From a virus (taxonomy: Duplodnaviria; Heunggongvirae; Uroviricota; Caudoviricetes), in the IMG/VR virus record IMGVR_UViG_3300032007_000002: a DNA stretch of 64,000 nt; one strand, given 5' to 3'. How positions within the stretch are numbered: position 1 is the stretch's first letter; every line of letters starts with the position of its first letter. Under the pieces are notes generated by a model that did no database searches, was not told where the DNA came from, and saw only the letters and a list, made by a program, of their open reading frames with translations. This document shows, in pieces, positions 9,322 through 19,275 of this stretch. Made by a program: the position numbers and the translations under genes.

Positions 9322-11395
9322 AGAATATTCTGAATTGTGCGACCTCCTCGCGAAGTGGGCGGAAGCATACGCGGCGGGCGAATCCAAGGTCGAGGATGTC
9401 GTCTATGACACGAAGTACCTTGAACTCAAGAAGTTCGAGGCCGAACACCCGGCGTTCATCCTCGCGACATCGCCGACCCGCCGTGTCATCGACGGCGCGG
9501 AAGGCTTCCGCAAGGTGAAGCATACCATCCCAATGATTTCCATTGCGAACTCGAACGGCATCGAGGAAACGGTGGACTGGGCAAGCGGTATGTTCAAGAA
9601 CGCTGTCGCCGAACTGGAACTCGAATACAAGATTGACGGTCTCGGCCTGGCCCTCATCTACAACGAAGGCCAGTTCATCGACGCGATTACCCGCGGCGTG
9701 GACAATGTGGGCGACAGTGTGTGGGAAAACGCGCTGCGCATCGAGTCCATCCCGAAGACTATCCCGTTGAAGGGCAAGGTGGAAATCCGCGGCGAAGTCG
9801 TGTGGAAATTCGACGACTTCGAGAAGTTCAACGACCAGCTCGAAGCCGACGGCAAGAAGCTGATTTCCAACCCGCGTAACGGTGCTGCCGGAACGCTCAA
9901 GTCGCACGATCCGCTCGAAGTCGAAAAGCGCAACCTGTCCTACATCGCATACCTCATCGTTGACGGTAGCCCGAACAGGTTGCAGTCCGACGACATCAAG
10001 CTGCTCGAAGGGATGGGGTTTGAAGTGCCTCCGCACTCCGTCGCGCGAAACCTCATCGAATTGCGCGAACAGGCGGAAAGCATGCGCGACAAGCGCTATG
10101 ACCAGGCCTACCCGATTGACGGCGTGGTGCTCAAGGTGAACGACAAGAGTGACCAGAAGCGCTTTGGCATGGGCACGAAGTACCCGAACTATTTCCGTGC
10201 CTATAAGTTCCCGCCCGAAGAAAAGGTAACGGTTCTCCGAATGGTGGAACAGTCCGGCGGTATGTCCGGCGCAATCTCCCCGGTCGCCGTGATGGACACC
10301 GTGCAGCTTGCGATGACTAATGTCAGCCGCAGCACCCTCTACAACTGGGACCTCGTCGAATACCTCGGCCTTACAGAAAACTGCCATGTGGTTGTCCGCA
10401 AGGCCGGCGAAATCATCCCGGAAATCGTAAGGTGCGTGGAAACCGGACGCTCCAAGGACGACTTCAAGGCATTGAAGGACATGAAGAAGGAACCGCGCAG
10501 CTGGTGGGAAGACCACCGTGCGCCGGAAAATGCCTTCCGTACCCCGAAGGTATGCCCGTTCTGTGGTGCCGAGCTTGTAAGGACACCCAACCTCGATGGC
10601 GACGACTCCGTCGCGCTGGTCTGCCCGTCCGAAACTTGCAAGTCCAAGATTGTCGCCAGGATGGTCAAGTTCGTTTCCCGCGAGTGCATGAACGTGATGG
10701 GCGTGGGCGCAAGCCTCGTCGAATTGCTCCACACCGTGGGCAAGGTCGAAAACATCACCGACTTCTACAAGCTGGATGCGCAGTCCCTTGTCGGCCTCGG
10801 CAACATCCGCGAGAAGAAGGCAACCAAGCTGGTCGCCTCGATTGCCAAGACCCGCGGCAACTTCCTCCACCAGCTCATCGAAGGCTTTGCCATCCCGGGC
10901 ATCGGCCACCAGGCATCCCCGGTTATCGCGAACATCCTTAACGGCATGGGCGGCCTTGGCGTGCTCGTGTACGGCGACGGATCCGCGACCAGCAAGTTCT
11001 TCGCCGACTGCGTTACGCAGGGCATTTCCTCGACCGACGCCAACGCGTTCATCAAGTTCATCGAAACCAACCGCGACATCGCCGGTTACTTCGTGGACAA
11101 CGACATCGCGCAGAAGGTCAAGGAGTTCACTGCGACTTCTACCAAGCTCCAGGGTCGCGTCTGCATCATGACGGGCGTATTCGACAAGCTGGAACGCGAG
11201 AAGTTCAAGGAAATGGTGGTGGCGAACGGCGGAACTATCTGCTCTTCCATCACCAAGAAGTGCAACCTCGTCCTCATGGGCGACGGGGCCGGCCCGAAGA
11301 AGGTCAAGGCCATCGAGGACATCAAGAGGGCTGGCGGACAGATCGACGTCTATACGCCGGAAACGCTTGACAAATTCCTCGACTTGCTCAAATAG
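9311..11395 (+). CDS. ligA: NAD-dependent DNA ligase
   Basis: EYKIDG adenylation motif, TRG, EIRGE, NPRN, DGVVLK, C4 zinc finger, HhH, BRCT. Confidence 0.95.
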   Translation: MDYKEYSELCDLLAKWAEAYAAGESKVEDVVYDTKYLELKKFEAEHPAFILATSPTRRVIDGAEGFRKVKHTIPMISIANSNGIEETVDWASGMFKNAVAELELEYKIDGLGLALIYNEGQFIDAITRGVDNVGDSVWENALRIESIPKTIPLKGKVEIRGEVVWKFDDFEKFNDQLEADGKKLISNPRNGAAGTLKSHDPLEVEKRNLSYIAYLIVDGSPNRLQSDDIKLLEGMGFEVPPHSVARNLIELREQAESMRDKRYDQAYPIDGVVLKVNDKSDQKRFGMGTKYPNYFRAYKFPPEEKVTVLRMVEQSGGMSGAISPVAVMDTVQLAMTNVSRSTLYNWDLVEYLGLTENCHVVVRKAGEIIPEIVRCVETGRSKDDFKALKDMKKEPRSWWEDHRAPENAFRTPKVCPFCGAELVRTPNLDGDDSVALVCPSETCKSKIVARMVKFVSRECMNVMGVGASLVELLHTVGKVENITDFYKLDAQSLVGLGNIREKKATKLVASIAKTRGNFLHQLIEGFAIPGIGHQASPVIANILNGMGGLGVLVYGDGSATSKFFADCVTQGISSTDANAFIKFIETNRDIAGYFVDNDIAQKVKEFTATSTKLQGRVCIMTGVFDKLEREKFKEMVVANGGTICSSITKKCNLVLMGDGAGPKKVKAIEDIKRAGGQIDVYTPETLDKFLDLLK

Positions 11396-11416
11396 CGATA
11401 GACAAAATGCCCGAAA

Positions 11417-11428
11417 TTTAGTATATTT
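11417..11428 (+). promoter_or_regulatory. Variant early promoter TTTAGTATATTT
   Basis: Directly upstream of tRNA-Gly; TAGACA -35-like hexamer upstream. Confidence 0.6.
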
Positions 11429-11437
11429 CGGGTATAC

Positions 11438-11510
11438 GCGGAAGTAGCTCAGTTGGTAGAGCGCCTGGTTCCCATCCAGGAAGTCGCGGGTTCGAGTCCC
11501 GTTTTCCGCT
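11438..11510 (+). tRNA. tRNA-Gly(CCC)
   Basis: Cloverleaf: GCGGAAG/TTTCCGC, GCTC/GAGC, CCTGG-TTCCCAT-CCAGG, TTCGAGT loop, U73; no encoded CCA. Confidence 0.93.
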
Positions 11511-11527
11511 TAACAGAGAGGTTGCCC

Positions 11528-12061
11528 ATGTCTTCACGCTCGTTTACGCTCTTCCTACAGAAGCGGATGCCGGACGGTTCATATAGCCTGGTGTCCGACA
11601 GGCCGGTGTGCAGTGACTTCATGGGTTGGCTGGACCGCCTGGTCGATAACGTCTTCGACTATATGGACAGGCTGGAAGGGGTCGAGCGGTCGGAAATCCC
11701 TGCCCCGATTGCCGAATACCTGAACGTGGATGGCCACAATTTTTACATAGTCGAGGTGGCCGACTTGCATAGCGAGCTGGAAAGCATAATTGCTTCCTAT
11801 ACGGACGAGCTGAAATGCCTTTGCAAGTCGTTCGGGTTTACCCGGACTACCGTGGAGGGGGAGAGTGTTTGCCTTGGCGACATTCGTGGTGACACTACGC
11901 TACCCGTGAACAAGGATCTCGTTTCGGAGAGCGTCGACAAGCGCAACCGTGCCTTGACGGCGGAATTTGTTGAAGGCCTCATATACGCCTGGGTCCAGAT
12001 GTTTAACCACGACCGGGCGGGTTACGACGCGTTCAGGTTCATCGCCGCATACGATTATTAG
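11528..12061 (+). CDS. Hypothetical protein
   Basis: GAGG RBS; ORF-track start lies inside the tRNA so the start was moved. Confidence 0.65.
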   Translation: MSSRSFTLFLQKRMPDGSYSLVSDRPVCSDFMGWLDRLVDNVFDYMDRLEGVERSEIPAPIAEYLNVDGHNFYIVEVADLHSELESIIASYTDELKCLCKSFGFTRTTVEGESVCLGDIRGDTTLPVNKDLVSESVDKRNRALTAEFVEGLIYAWVQMFNHDRAGYDAFRFIAAYDY

Positions 12062-12084
12062 TTGAAAGTAGTTGTTGGGTGCAG

Positions 12085-12130
12085 GCCCGGGAGGTTATAA
12101 ACTACGGTTTGAAACCACCCGGGCTTTTTT
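12085..12130 (+). terminator. Hairpin terminator enclosing a late promoter
   Basis: GCCCGGG...CCCGGGC followed by T6. Confidence 0.65.
12096..12103 (+). promoter_or_regulatory. Late promoter motif TATAAACT
   Basis: GTTATAAACT upstream of ATG 12131. Confidence 0.6.
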
Positions 12131-13009
12131 ATGTCCAGACAAATCACTCCCGCAATCTTCGAAGGTCTTGAAGGGATGCCCAACCGCTCCCTGTATAACT
12201 CCATGAAAACCGGCTACTCCACGTTCATCGAGGGTGTTGCCGACTCCGGCACCGACCCGTTCGTGAAGCTGGACGAAATCAACACCGCATGGAAGCCTAC
12301 CCCGGACAACACTGACCCGGAAGCCTTCGGCGTGTTCATGATGATTTCTAACCAGAAGCCAAAGGAACAGATCGGCGAGGTGGCCAAGGGACATGAAGGC
12401 GACCCGGATTTCGGGACCAAGGACATCGGTTACGGCATTACGTGGAAGGACATCGCCGACTGGTCCAAGCGTGACATCATGCAGGAAGGCATCGGCAAGA
12501 AACTTGCCCCGCTGGCGCTTGCCGGCGCGGTCGGCCTCGGTGCCGGAATTGGCATCGGCCCGAAGGTCCACGAGACTGCCCACAACATCGCCGACAACGC
12601 GAAGAAGGAATGGCAGGCCGCGGGGAACTTTAACTCCGCGATGAACTCGGCGTCCAAGTGGAACGCGTCGTCGGACCTTCTCGGGAACTGGAAGTATGTC
12701 GACGTGAAGGACAAACCGGGCATCTACTCGGATAGCCTCAATCACACGAGCCTGTCCGAACTCCAGAACGAGAACAGCTCGATTTTCCCGAGCGAAAAGA
12801 TTAAGGTCGGCTGGAAGGTTTCCCCGGACGGGAAGACGATTATGTCCACGATTACCGGGCGCGTGTACAAGACGAGCAAGTCGTTCTTCGATCCGTCGTT
12901 CACGGCAGCCGACCTCGGCAAGCCGGTTGGCGTCGGGGTTCTCTACATCGACAAGTCGCTCGAAGATTCCGCGTTCCCGTGGGACGTGGAAGCGCTATAC
13001 GGCAAATAA
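12131..13009 (+). CDS. Hypothetical late protein with hydrophobic Gly/Ala segment
   Basis: 292 aa ORF; EG followed by LAPLALAGAVGLGAGIG. Confidence 0.7.
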   Translation: MSRQITPAIFEGLEGMPNRSLYNSMKTGYSTFIEGVADSGTDPFVKLDEINTAWKPTPDNTDPEAFGVFMMISNQKPKEQIGEVAKGHEGDPDFGTKDIGYGITWKDIADWSKRDIMQEGIGKKLAPLALAGAVGLGAGIGIGPKVHETAHNIADNAKKEWQAAGNFNSAMNSASKWNASSDLLGNWKYVDVKDKPGIYSDSLNHTSLSELQNENSSIFPSEKIKVGWKVSPDGKTIMSTITGRVYKTSKSFFDPSFTAADLGKPVGVGVLYIDKSLEDSAFPWDVEALYGK

Positions 13010-13013
13010 AAGA

Positions 13014-13037
13014 AAGCCGCTACTTCCGTAGCGGCTT
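13014..13037. terminator. Hairpin between convergent genes
   Basis: AAGCCGCTAC-TTCC-GTAGCGGCTT. Confidence 0.6.
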
Positions 13038-13102
13038 GATATGCTCACCTGCAAGCGTAGGAGGAGTTTCTGGGGGCGTTCCGGCAAGGGGCGCCCCCTG
13101 TT

Positions 13103-13441
13103 TTAATGCTTCCCGCAGTTGCAGCCCTTGTACACGGTGCCGATTGCCTTCCTGACGACGGAACCGATCTTGTAGCCCACCTTGAGGCCGAAGGTCTTGT
13201 ATTTCGCCGGGAGGGCATACATGTAGTCCTTGATTGCGGGAAAGTCCTTCGACATCTGCTCGATGGCGTTTACCCCGGAATAGCGTTTCCCGTTCAGGCT
13301 GACATACTCGAAGTCGGCAGCCGTCCCCGAGGCCGGGATGTACTGGGCCCTGTCGGTCCCCACCTTGGCCTTGACGAGGTTCATGAAATACCTGCACACT
13401 ACGCAGGTATTGTCATAGATGATTTTAGCCGTGGTTTGCAT
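13103..13441 (-). CDS. DCC1/DUF393-like thiol-disulfide oxidoreductase
   Basis: N-terminal IIYDNTCVVC matches DxxCxxC; YSGVNA. Confidence 0.6.
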   Translation of the reverse strand: MQTTAKIIYDNTCVVCRYFMNLVKAKVGTDRAQYIPASGTAADFEYVSLNGKRYSGVNAIEQMSKDFPAIKDYMYALPAKYKTFGLKVGYKIGSVVRKAIGTVYKGCNCGKH

Positions 13442-14282
13442 AGTCGCCAAAGTACCCCTGCGGTCCGTCGAAATCGAATTTCTTTTCGTCCGGGTCCGGT
13501 TCCTGCGGTTCGGGGATGCCGAACTTGTTGACCGGGCGGAGCTGCTCGGCGCTCAGCGGGCCATAGATGTTCTCCATGAGCTCGCGCATGTGCTCGAAGT
13601 TTTCCGGGGCGTCGTTGTCGCACTGGCCGTCCGGGCATGCGCATGCGCTGCTGGCTTCCGCTACCTTGTCGTTGTGAGCGACGATGTCGGCGAGGACCGC
13701 GAGCGTGGCCAGGTCAACGCCGAGCGGCTCGATGTCGTCCTGCTGGAAGCTGAACTGCGGCCAGCAGCCGTCGGATCCGCCCCGTGCCATGTCGGCCTCG
13801 ATGTTGGTCGGCTTGGCGCAGATAATCACTTCGCCGTCGTTGTTCTTGACGATGTAGATGGACTTGCCGCCCTTGGTCGGCTTGACAACGGTACCCGGGT
13901 CGAAGATGCACTTGCACCCGTTGTCGCACTCGGTTTTGGCGAGGGCGTTCTTCATGGAGTGCTTGAAGTTCATGCCCTTGAAGAGACATTCTTCGAGATT
14001 TTCCTTGTCGGCGTCGGGGTTGCCGTCGCACTTTTCGAGAAGCGCGTTGTAGTCCGTCCGGTAGTTGCCGGAATTTCCGCCGCGGATTGGGTCGGCTTCG
14101 GGCTTCGCTTCGCCCCGGATGCACGTAACCGTCTGGCCATCCTTCGTCCACTTGTCCGACGGGAGACCCCGGTCAATGACTTCCACGGGGATGTCGTTTT
14201 CTTCGGGTGCCGCGTTCGTGCTGTCGCCTTCGATGGTCTGGGCGAGAACGCGGAGCTTTTCGAGATTCTCAAATTCGTCCAT
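13425..14282 (-). CDS. Hypothetical acidic, Cys-rich late protein
   Basis: 285 aa ORF downstream of late motif. Confidence 0.7.
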   Translation of the reverse strand: MDEFENLEKLRVLAQTIEGDSTNAAPEENDIPVEVIDRGLPSDKWTKDGQTVTCIRGEAKPEADPIRGGNSGNYRTDYNALLEKCDGNPDADKENLEECLFKGMNFKHSMKNALAKTECDNGCKCIFDPGTVVKPTKGGKSIYIVKNNDGEVIICAKPTNIEADMARGGSDGCWPQFSFQQDDIEPLGVDLATLAVLADIVAHNDKVAEASSACACPDGQCDNDAPENFEHMRELMENIYGPLSAEQLRPVNKFGIPEPQEPDPDEKKFDFDGPQGYFGDYANHG

Positions 14283-14309
14283 TATGATAAAACCGGGGTG
14301 TTTTCCCCT

Positions 14310-14317
14310 AGTTTATA
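14310..14317 (-). promoter_or_regulatory. Late promoter motif TATAAACT
   Basis: GTTATAAACT on minus strand. Confidence 0.6.
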
Positions 14318-14337
14318 ACAGTTCGGGCCGTAAGTGA

Positions 14338-14775
14338 CTACTTTTTCTTGAAGGCCGCGGCGAGCTGGTCGAGGAAGGCTTCACTCGCGACACGCGGGGT
14401 GCCCGGGAGGACCGGCGTATGGGCGGCTGCCATCTGTGGCGGTTCCGGCGCTTCCGGTGCGTCCGGCATCTCGTCCTCGAAGGCCTCCGCCAGCGTGTCG
14501 TATTCGACCGGTGCGGTCAGCTGCAGGGTGGTGCCGTAACGGTCGAGTTCGGAGTCGGGGTCGTGGTCGAGGAGCCTGGGGTCCCGCCGGAAGCCGTTGA
14601 TCCTGGATAGGATTGGGTTGGCTCCGCCGCGGAACGGGTCGTTGGCCATGGCGCGTGCGTTGAAACGGTCGACTGCGCCCGTGGACGGCATGTCCGAGCC
14701 GTTGTTCACCCTTGTGTGGATGATGAAGTTGGCTGCGTAGTTTTCGAGCAGCGCCTGTTCGTCTTTGTTTGCCAT
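14338..14775 (-). CDS. Hypothetical late protein, probably leaderless
   Basis: ATG 6 nt after TATAAACT, no RBS. Confidence 0.65.
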   Translation of the reverse strand: MANKDEQALLENYAANFIIHTRVNNGSDMPSTGAVDRFNARAMANDPFRGGANPILSRINGFRRDPRLLDHDPDSELDRYGTTLQLTAPVEYDTLAEAFEDEMPDAPEAPEPPQMAAAHTPVLPGTPRVASEAFLDQLAAAFKKK

Positions 14776-14781
14776 GCACGT

Positions 14782-14789
14782 AGTTTATA
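14782..14789 (-). promoter_or_regulatory. Late promoter motif TATAAACT
   Basis: Exact copy, divergent from early motif at 14804. Confidence 0.6.
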
Positions 14790-14803
14790 GGTCCGAAACA
14801 CTT

Positions 14804-14815
14804 TTTGCTATATTT
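14804..14815 (+). promoter_or_regulatory. Early promoter motif TTTGCTATATTT
   Basis: Exact copy. Confidence 0.75.
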
Positions 14816-14839
14816 CACCATGAACAGAAAAGAGGAAAC

Positions 14840-15589
14840 ATGACAAAGCAGAAATCTACCCCGAAGACTGGCAAGGAATCAAAGCCAAAGTACCCGTGCG
14901 ATTCGCACGGCTCGAAACCCATTATCCATCCGGCAATCAACAAGATACCCCTCGGAAATGGCAAGACTAAGCTGGATACGGGAAACCTGGCGCTGAATGC
15001 TGCCGCGTTCGGCGATATCCATGGCGCCATAGTTGACGATGCCGACGCGAAAAATGTGGAAGTTGTGATCCGCGAACATGAAGACCAGCTGTCCAAGTTC
15101 TGCGACAAGTGGCATGACGCCAGGGACACCGGTCGCGTTACGGCGGACGACGGCATTGACTGGAATTTTTGGCATTCCATCGTCATGGCGTCGGTTGACT
15201 GTGCCAATGTCGAAAAATACGTGAACTTTATCAAGGCGCTTGCGGCAAATAGCGAACTCATGAAGACGGTTCCGCATGACGGCCTGGTCGGCCTCGTGAA
15301 CAATGTCTACACCGTCCCGCGTATTCTTGCTAGGTTTATCCGTCGCCGAATCGAGGGGCTGCTCGCACCCACCTTGGAAGATGACCTGTATAAGCCGATG
15401 AGCGACTGCGGTCTCCGATACGAATACGCGGTTTCGCCGGAAAAGATGCCCCTGTGCAGGGCGCATATTCTTGGCGATGCTTCCAGTTCTTTGCTCACAC
15501 TGACCATCTATCCGGTAATCGGGGACACGTCCAACCCGGATTGGAAGCGCGGCGTCCATTTTGAAACAAAACTTTCCATAAGGGCCTAA
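14840..15589 (+). CDS. Hypothetical protein
   Basis: GAGG RBS. Confidence 0.65.
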   Translation: MTKQKSTPKTGKESKPKYPCDSHGSKPIIHPAINKIPLGNGKTKLDTGNLALNAAAFGDIHGAIVDDADAKNVEVVIREHEDQLSKFCDKWHDARDTGRVTADDGIDWNFWHSIVMASVDCANVEKYVNFIKALAANSELMKTVPHDGLVGLVNNVYTVPRILARFIRRRIEGLLAPTLEDDLYKPMSDCGLRYEYAVSPEKMPLCRAHILGDASSSLLTLTIYPVIGDTSNPDWKRGVHFETKLSIRA

Positions 15590-15592
15590 TGT

Positions 15593-16072
15593 ATGGCAGA
15601 TTCTACTCAAGATACCCTCAAACACCGTGGCTGGGTGAAGAAATTCACCGCCATGTTCTGCAACAAGATGCTCGACCGCGCCGAACGGCACGACGAATCC
15701 AAGCTGCATGCGCCGGAAAAGGAAATGTTCGACCAGGTGGGGGAAAGCCATCCGCTCGGTAAGAGCGAGTTCGGCTCCGCTGAATATGCGGAAGGCAAGA
15801 AGCTGCTCGGGCCGGCGCTCGACCACCATTATGCCGAGAACGACCACCACCCGCAGCACTTCCACGACGGCATCGCCGGGATGAACTTCTACCAGCTCCT
15901 CGAAATGTATCTCGACTGGCATGCCGCTTCCAAGCGCAACAAGAACGGCAGCATCATCCAGTCGGTCGATCACAATATCCGCGAGTTCAAGATTGAGCCG
16001 CAGCTTGCCGCAATCCTTATGAACACGGCCCGGCTCGATAGCCAGGAGGAAAGCGATGATAGTCAGAACTAA
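15593..16072 (+). CDS. DUF5662-like HD-related protein
   Basis: HDESKL, ALDHHYAENDHHPQHF, EMYLDW. Confidence 0.7.
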   Translation: MADSTQDTLKHRGWVKKFTAMFCNKMLDRAERHDESKLHAPEKEMFDQVGESHPLGKSEFGSAEYAEGKKLLGPALDHHYAENDHHPQHFHDGIAGMNFYQLLEMYLDWHAASKRNKNGSIIQSVDHNIREFKIEPQLAAILMNTARLDSQEESDDSQN

Positions 16073-16607
16073 ACAGATTTCGTGCCTGGAAGACCTGGAC
16101 AAGGTTCTTAAGTCGAGCGGCCTGCGGATTGACGAGTGCCAGATTGTGCCCGTCGTCGGCAAGTTCAAGACGAATTTCTACGTGTACTACGATGACGGGA
16201 AGCCGGATCCGAAGGCAGCGAAGGACGCACCCGCACCGGATGATACCATTGACCTGAGCAACGATAGCAAGGTTGAGTTTGAGGCATTCGGGAAGCGTTA
16301 TCCGGGTTTCTGCCACGAGTTCAACTATACCAGCACGTCCGAAGGGGGTATGTCAAAGTTCGTCGAGAAGTGTCGTCTCGATGTCGCTGTCGGAACGAAT
16401 GTTGCGACTGCCAAGGGTGGCGAAATGCTGGTCGCGAGCTTGCAGATGGAAGGCGTCAAGGGCATTGAGCTGACCGGCGTAATTGATAATGGACAACGGA
16501 ATATCGTCCGTGTCGACGTCACCGGCCGCGACAACATCGAGAAGTTCGCCGATGCGCTCGAAACGGCAGCCTACCGCCTTCGCGCAATGATGGCCAAGGA
16601 AGGGTAA
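16056..16607 (+). CDS. Hypothetical protein
   Basis: GGAGG RBS, operon context. Confidence 0.65.
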   Translation: MIVRTKQISCLEDLDKVLKSSGLRIDECQIVPVVGKFKTNFYVYYDDGKPDPKAAKDAPAPDDTIDLSNDSKVEFEAFGKRYPGFCHEFNYTSTSEGGMSKFVEKCRLDVAVGTNVATAKGGEMLVASLQMEGVKGIELTGVIDNGQRNIVRVDVTGRDNIEKFADALETAAYRLRAMMAKEG

Positions 16608-16608
16608 C

Positions 16609-17046
16609 ATGTCCAAGTGGTATCGTCCGATCGAGAACGGCATCATGACGCTACCCGAGGTTGCGGTCGGCTCAAACAACTACCTGATGTACCTCAACGG
16701 GAAGTACCAGGTGTTTCCGGTGAGCATGTATTTGCCGATGGGATGGTGGATTGGCGTAGGCGCATGGCTTGACATGCCGATGGGCAAGTACGAGACCCCT
16801 ACGTTCCTCGGCAAGAATACCGACTGGGTTTCTGACGACCAGCGTGGCCGTTGGCGCAGGTTCTCCACGGCGCCCCTGCATGCGGAACCGGATGATGCCG
16901 TGATGGTCTATTATGACAACCCCGGCCAGGAAGTCTATTTCATGAAGGTGCGTGAGGCGAACGAAAAGTTTGCCGGTAAATCCGATGTGTGGTGGTTTGC
17001 CGAGCGCGTAATGCCGTTCGGCAAGCTGTTGGAAACGCCGGCATAA
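16609..17046 (+). CDS. Hypothetical protein
   Basis: Operon context. Confidence 0.6.
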   Translation: MSKWYRPIENGIMTLPEVAVGSNNYLMYLNGKYQVFPVSMYLPMGWWIGVGAWLDMPMGKYETPTFLGKNTDWVSDDQRGRWRRFSTAPLHAEPDDAVMVYYDNPGQEVYFMKVREANEKFAGKSDVWWFAERVMPFGKLLETPA

Positions 17047-17078
17047 ATTTGTATTTTCCGTGCATAGGAGATACAACT

Positions 17079-18392
17079 ATGTACGGAAAAAGCCTCGCGC
17101 ACGTAGAGCGCATCAAGGAAGTGCACGCCATCGAGGGTGCCGACAACATCGAACGCGTTACCGTTCTCGACTGGAACCTGGTCGCGAAGAAGGGTGAGTT
17201 CAAGCCCGGTGAACTTGCCGTATATGTGGAAATCGGGTCTATACTCCCGGACGGCCTCGAACCGGCCGACCGCGAACAGTATGCCAGCCTTGCCAAGATT
17301 GCGTCCGAACACCGCCGTCGAGAGAACGCGGTGAAGAAGGCGCAGGAGAAGGGCAAGCCGCTGCCGGACTTCAGCGGCCTGGACGTACTGGAACCGCTGG
17401 AAGTGGTCACGAAGGCCATGGAAGAAATCCAGGGCCGCTCCAAGTACCCCTACTTCGAGTTCCTGCGCCCGATGAAGTTCAAGATCAAGACGAAGGTCCT
17501 TAACCGCTTCAAGGTGATTTCCCAGGGCATCCTCTTCCGCCCGGACGTCCTCGGCATCGCGCCGGAGGAAGTGAAGCTGGGTGCGGACTTCACCGAACGC
17601 CTCGGTATTACGGAAGTCGTCGAGGATGCCGAGGAGGCCGGCGTAGTCGAGACGCCGAAGCCGGGCCTCTTCGGGTGGATTGACCGGAAGCTCATGCGGT
17701 TTGCCATCTACCGTTGGCTCCGCAAGGACACCGACAAGGCCGAGTGGCTCCCGTTCTTCCCGGCGAAATCCGACGAGGAGAACGCGCAGAAGATCTACTC
17801 CGGGATGTACGAAGCACACAAGGACGAATGGTTCGTCGCGACGGAGAAGCTGGAGGGCCAGTCCATCTCCATCTGTACCCGGGACGAGCGGTTCCTGTTC
17901 TTCTTCCACCGCAAGAAGCTCTATGTCGCGTCCCGCACCCGCAACCTTCCCTACAAGTCCTGCAAGAACATGCAGTTCTGGAAGACCGTCAAGCGCGGCG
18001 AGTTCGACAAGCGTCTCGCCAAGGTTCCGGGCGAATGGTTCATCCGCGGCGAGCATGTCGGACCCGGCATCCAGAAGAACATCTACCAGCTGGACCAGAC
18101 CGACATCCGCATCTACGATGTCATGCCGTTCAACAAGGAGACCGGGCGGTTCGACAAGCGCCTCAACTATGAGGACACGCTCAAGTTCTGCGCCGACCAC
18201 CAGTTCGACTATGTGCCGGTTATTGACGACCACTTCCGCCTGCCGGCCGATGTACAGGAAATGCTCCGCATTTCCAACGGCAAGACCGTGTTCGGCAAGG
18301 ATCTCAAACACGCCCGCGAGGGCCTGGTGCTCCGCCTGAGAGACAACTACTCCGTCTCGTTCAAGGCGAAGTCGCCGGAATACGAACTCTAA
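17079..18392 (+). CDS. ATP-dependent RNA ligase, DRB0094-like (N-terminal OB domain + Rnl2-type core)
   Basis: [26 protein letters not shown]; motif I EKLEG, RGE, YD, EGLVLR, FKAKS. Confidence 0.85.
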   Translation: MYGKSLAHVERIKEVHAIEGADNIERVTVLDWNLVAKKGEFKPGELAVYVEIGSILPDGLEPADREQYASLAKIASEHRRRENAVKKAQEKGKPLPDFSGLDVLEPLEVVTKAMEEIQGRSKYPYFEFLRPMKFKIKTKVLNRFKVISQGILFRPDVLGIAPEEVKLGADFTERLGITEVVEDAEEAGVVETPKPGLFGWIDRKLMRFAIYRWLRKDTDKAEWLPFFPAKSDEENAQKIYSGMYEAHKDEWFVATEKLEGQSISICTRDERFLFFFHRKKLYVASRTRNLPYKSCKNMQFWKTVKRGEFDKRLAKVPGEWFIRGEHVGPGIQKNIYQLDQTDIRIYDVMPFNKETGRFDKRLNYEDTLKFCADHQFDYVPVIDDHFRLPADVQEMLRISNGKTVFGKDLKHAREGLVLRLRDNYSVSFKAKSPEYEL

Positions 18393-18400
18393 GGAGAGTT

Positions 18401-19213
18401 ATGAAACAGTATCTTGACTTGCTTAAGGACATCTTCGAGAACGGCGTTGACCGCTCCGACCGCACCGGGACGGGAACCCGCTCCGTGTTCGGTCGCCAGA
18501 TGCGGTTCGACCTGTCCGAAGGTTTTCCGTGCCTCACTACGAAGAAGCTCCATCTCCGTTCCATCATCCACGAACTTCTCTGGTTCTTGAAGGGCGATAC
18601 GAACATCAAGTATCTCCACGACAACAAGGTGACCATCTGGGACGAGTGGGCAGACGAAAATGGCGACCTCGGTCCGGTCTATGGGCACCAGTGGCGTTCC
18701 TGGCCTACTCCCGACGGCGGGCATATCGACCAGATTGCCAACCTCGTGAACAGCCTCAAGAACAACCCGGACTCCCGCAGGCACCTCGTCTGCGCCTGGA
18801 ACGTGGCGGAAGTTGACAAGATGGCCCTCCCGCCGTGCCACTGCCTGTTCCAGTTCTATGTGGGCGGTGTGGGCAAGAGCGGCAAGCGCAGGCTCAGCTG
18901 CCAGCTGTATCAGCGCAGTGCCGACACCTTCCTCGGCGTCCCGTTCAACATTGCGTCCTATGCGCTCCTTACGATGATGCTCGCGCAGGTGTGCGGGTAT
19001 GAACCGGGCGAGTTCGTCCACACGCTCGGCGATACCCACATCTACTCGAACCACTTCGAGCAGGTGAAGGAACAGCTGTCCCGCGAGCCGCGCAAGCTCC
19101 CGACCATGCGCATCAACCCGGAGGTGAAGGACATCTTCGACTTCAAGTTCGAGGACTTCACCCTGGAGAACTACGATCCGTGGCCGGCAATCAAGGCGCC
19201 GGTGGCAGTCTAG
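18401..19213 (+). CDS. thyA: Thymidylate synthase
   Basis: [31 protein letters not shown]. Confidence 0.97.
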   Translation: MKQYLDLLKDIFENGVDRSDRTGTGTRSVFGRQMRFDLSEGFPCLTTKKLHLRSIIHELLWFLKGDTNIKYLHDNKVTIWDEWADENGDLGPVYGHQWRSWPTPDGGHIDQIANLVNSLKNNPDSRRHLVCAWNVAEVDKMALPPCHCLFQFYVGGVGKSGKRRLSCQLYQRSADTFLGVPFNIASYALLTMMLAQVCGYEPGEFVHTLGDTHIYSNHFEQVKEQLSREPRKLPTMRINPEVKDIFDFKFEDFTLENYDPWPAIKAPVAV

Positions 19214-19221
19214 GATTGCCT

Positions 19222-19233
19222 TTTGCTATATTT
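19222..19233 (+). promoter_or_regulatory. Early promoter motif TTTGCTATATTT
   Basis: Exact copy. Confidence 0.7.
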
Positions 19234-19234
19234 C

Positions 19235-19264
19235 AAGCGGTGACGGGTTCCGTCACCGCTTTTT
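19235..19264 (+). terminator. Terminator-like hairpin between thyA and dfr
   Basis: AAGCGGTGACGG-GTT-CCGTCACCGCTT then T-run. Confidence 0.65.
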
Positions 19265-19275
19265 AGTGAGGTTTT

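Noticed and set aside
14820-14843. 7-codon leaderless mini-ORF MNRKEET overlapping ATG 14840
   Set aside because: Spacing is 5 nt rather than 6 and the downstream gene has its own RBS, so it could be chance
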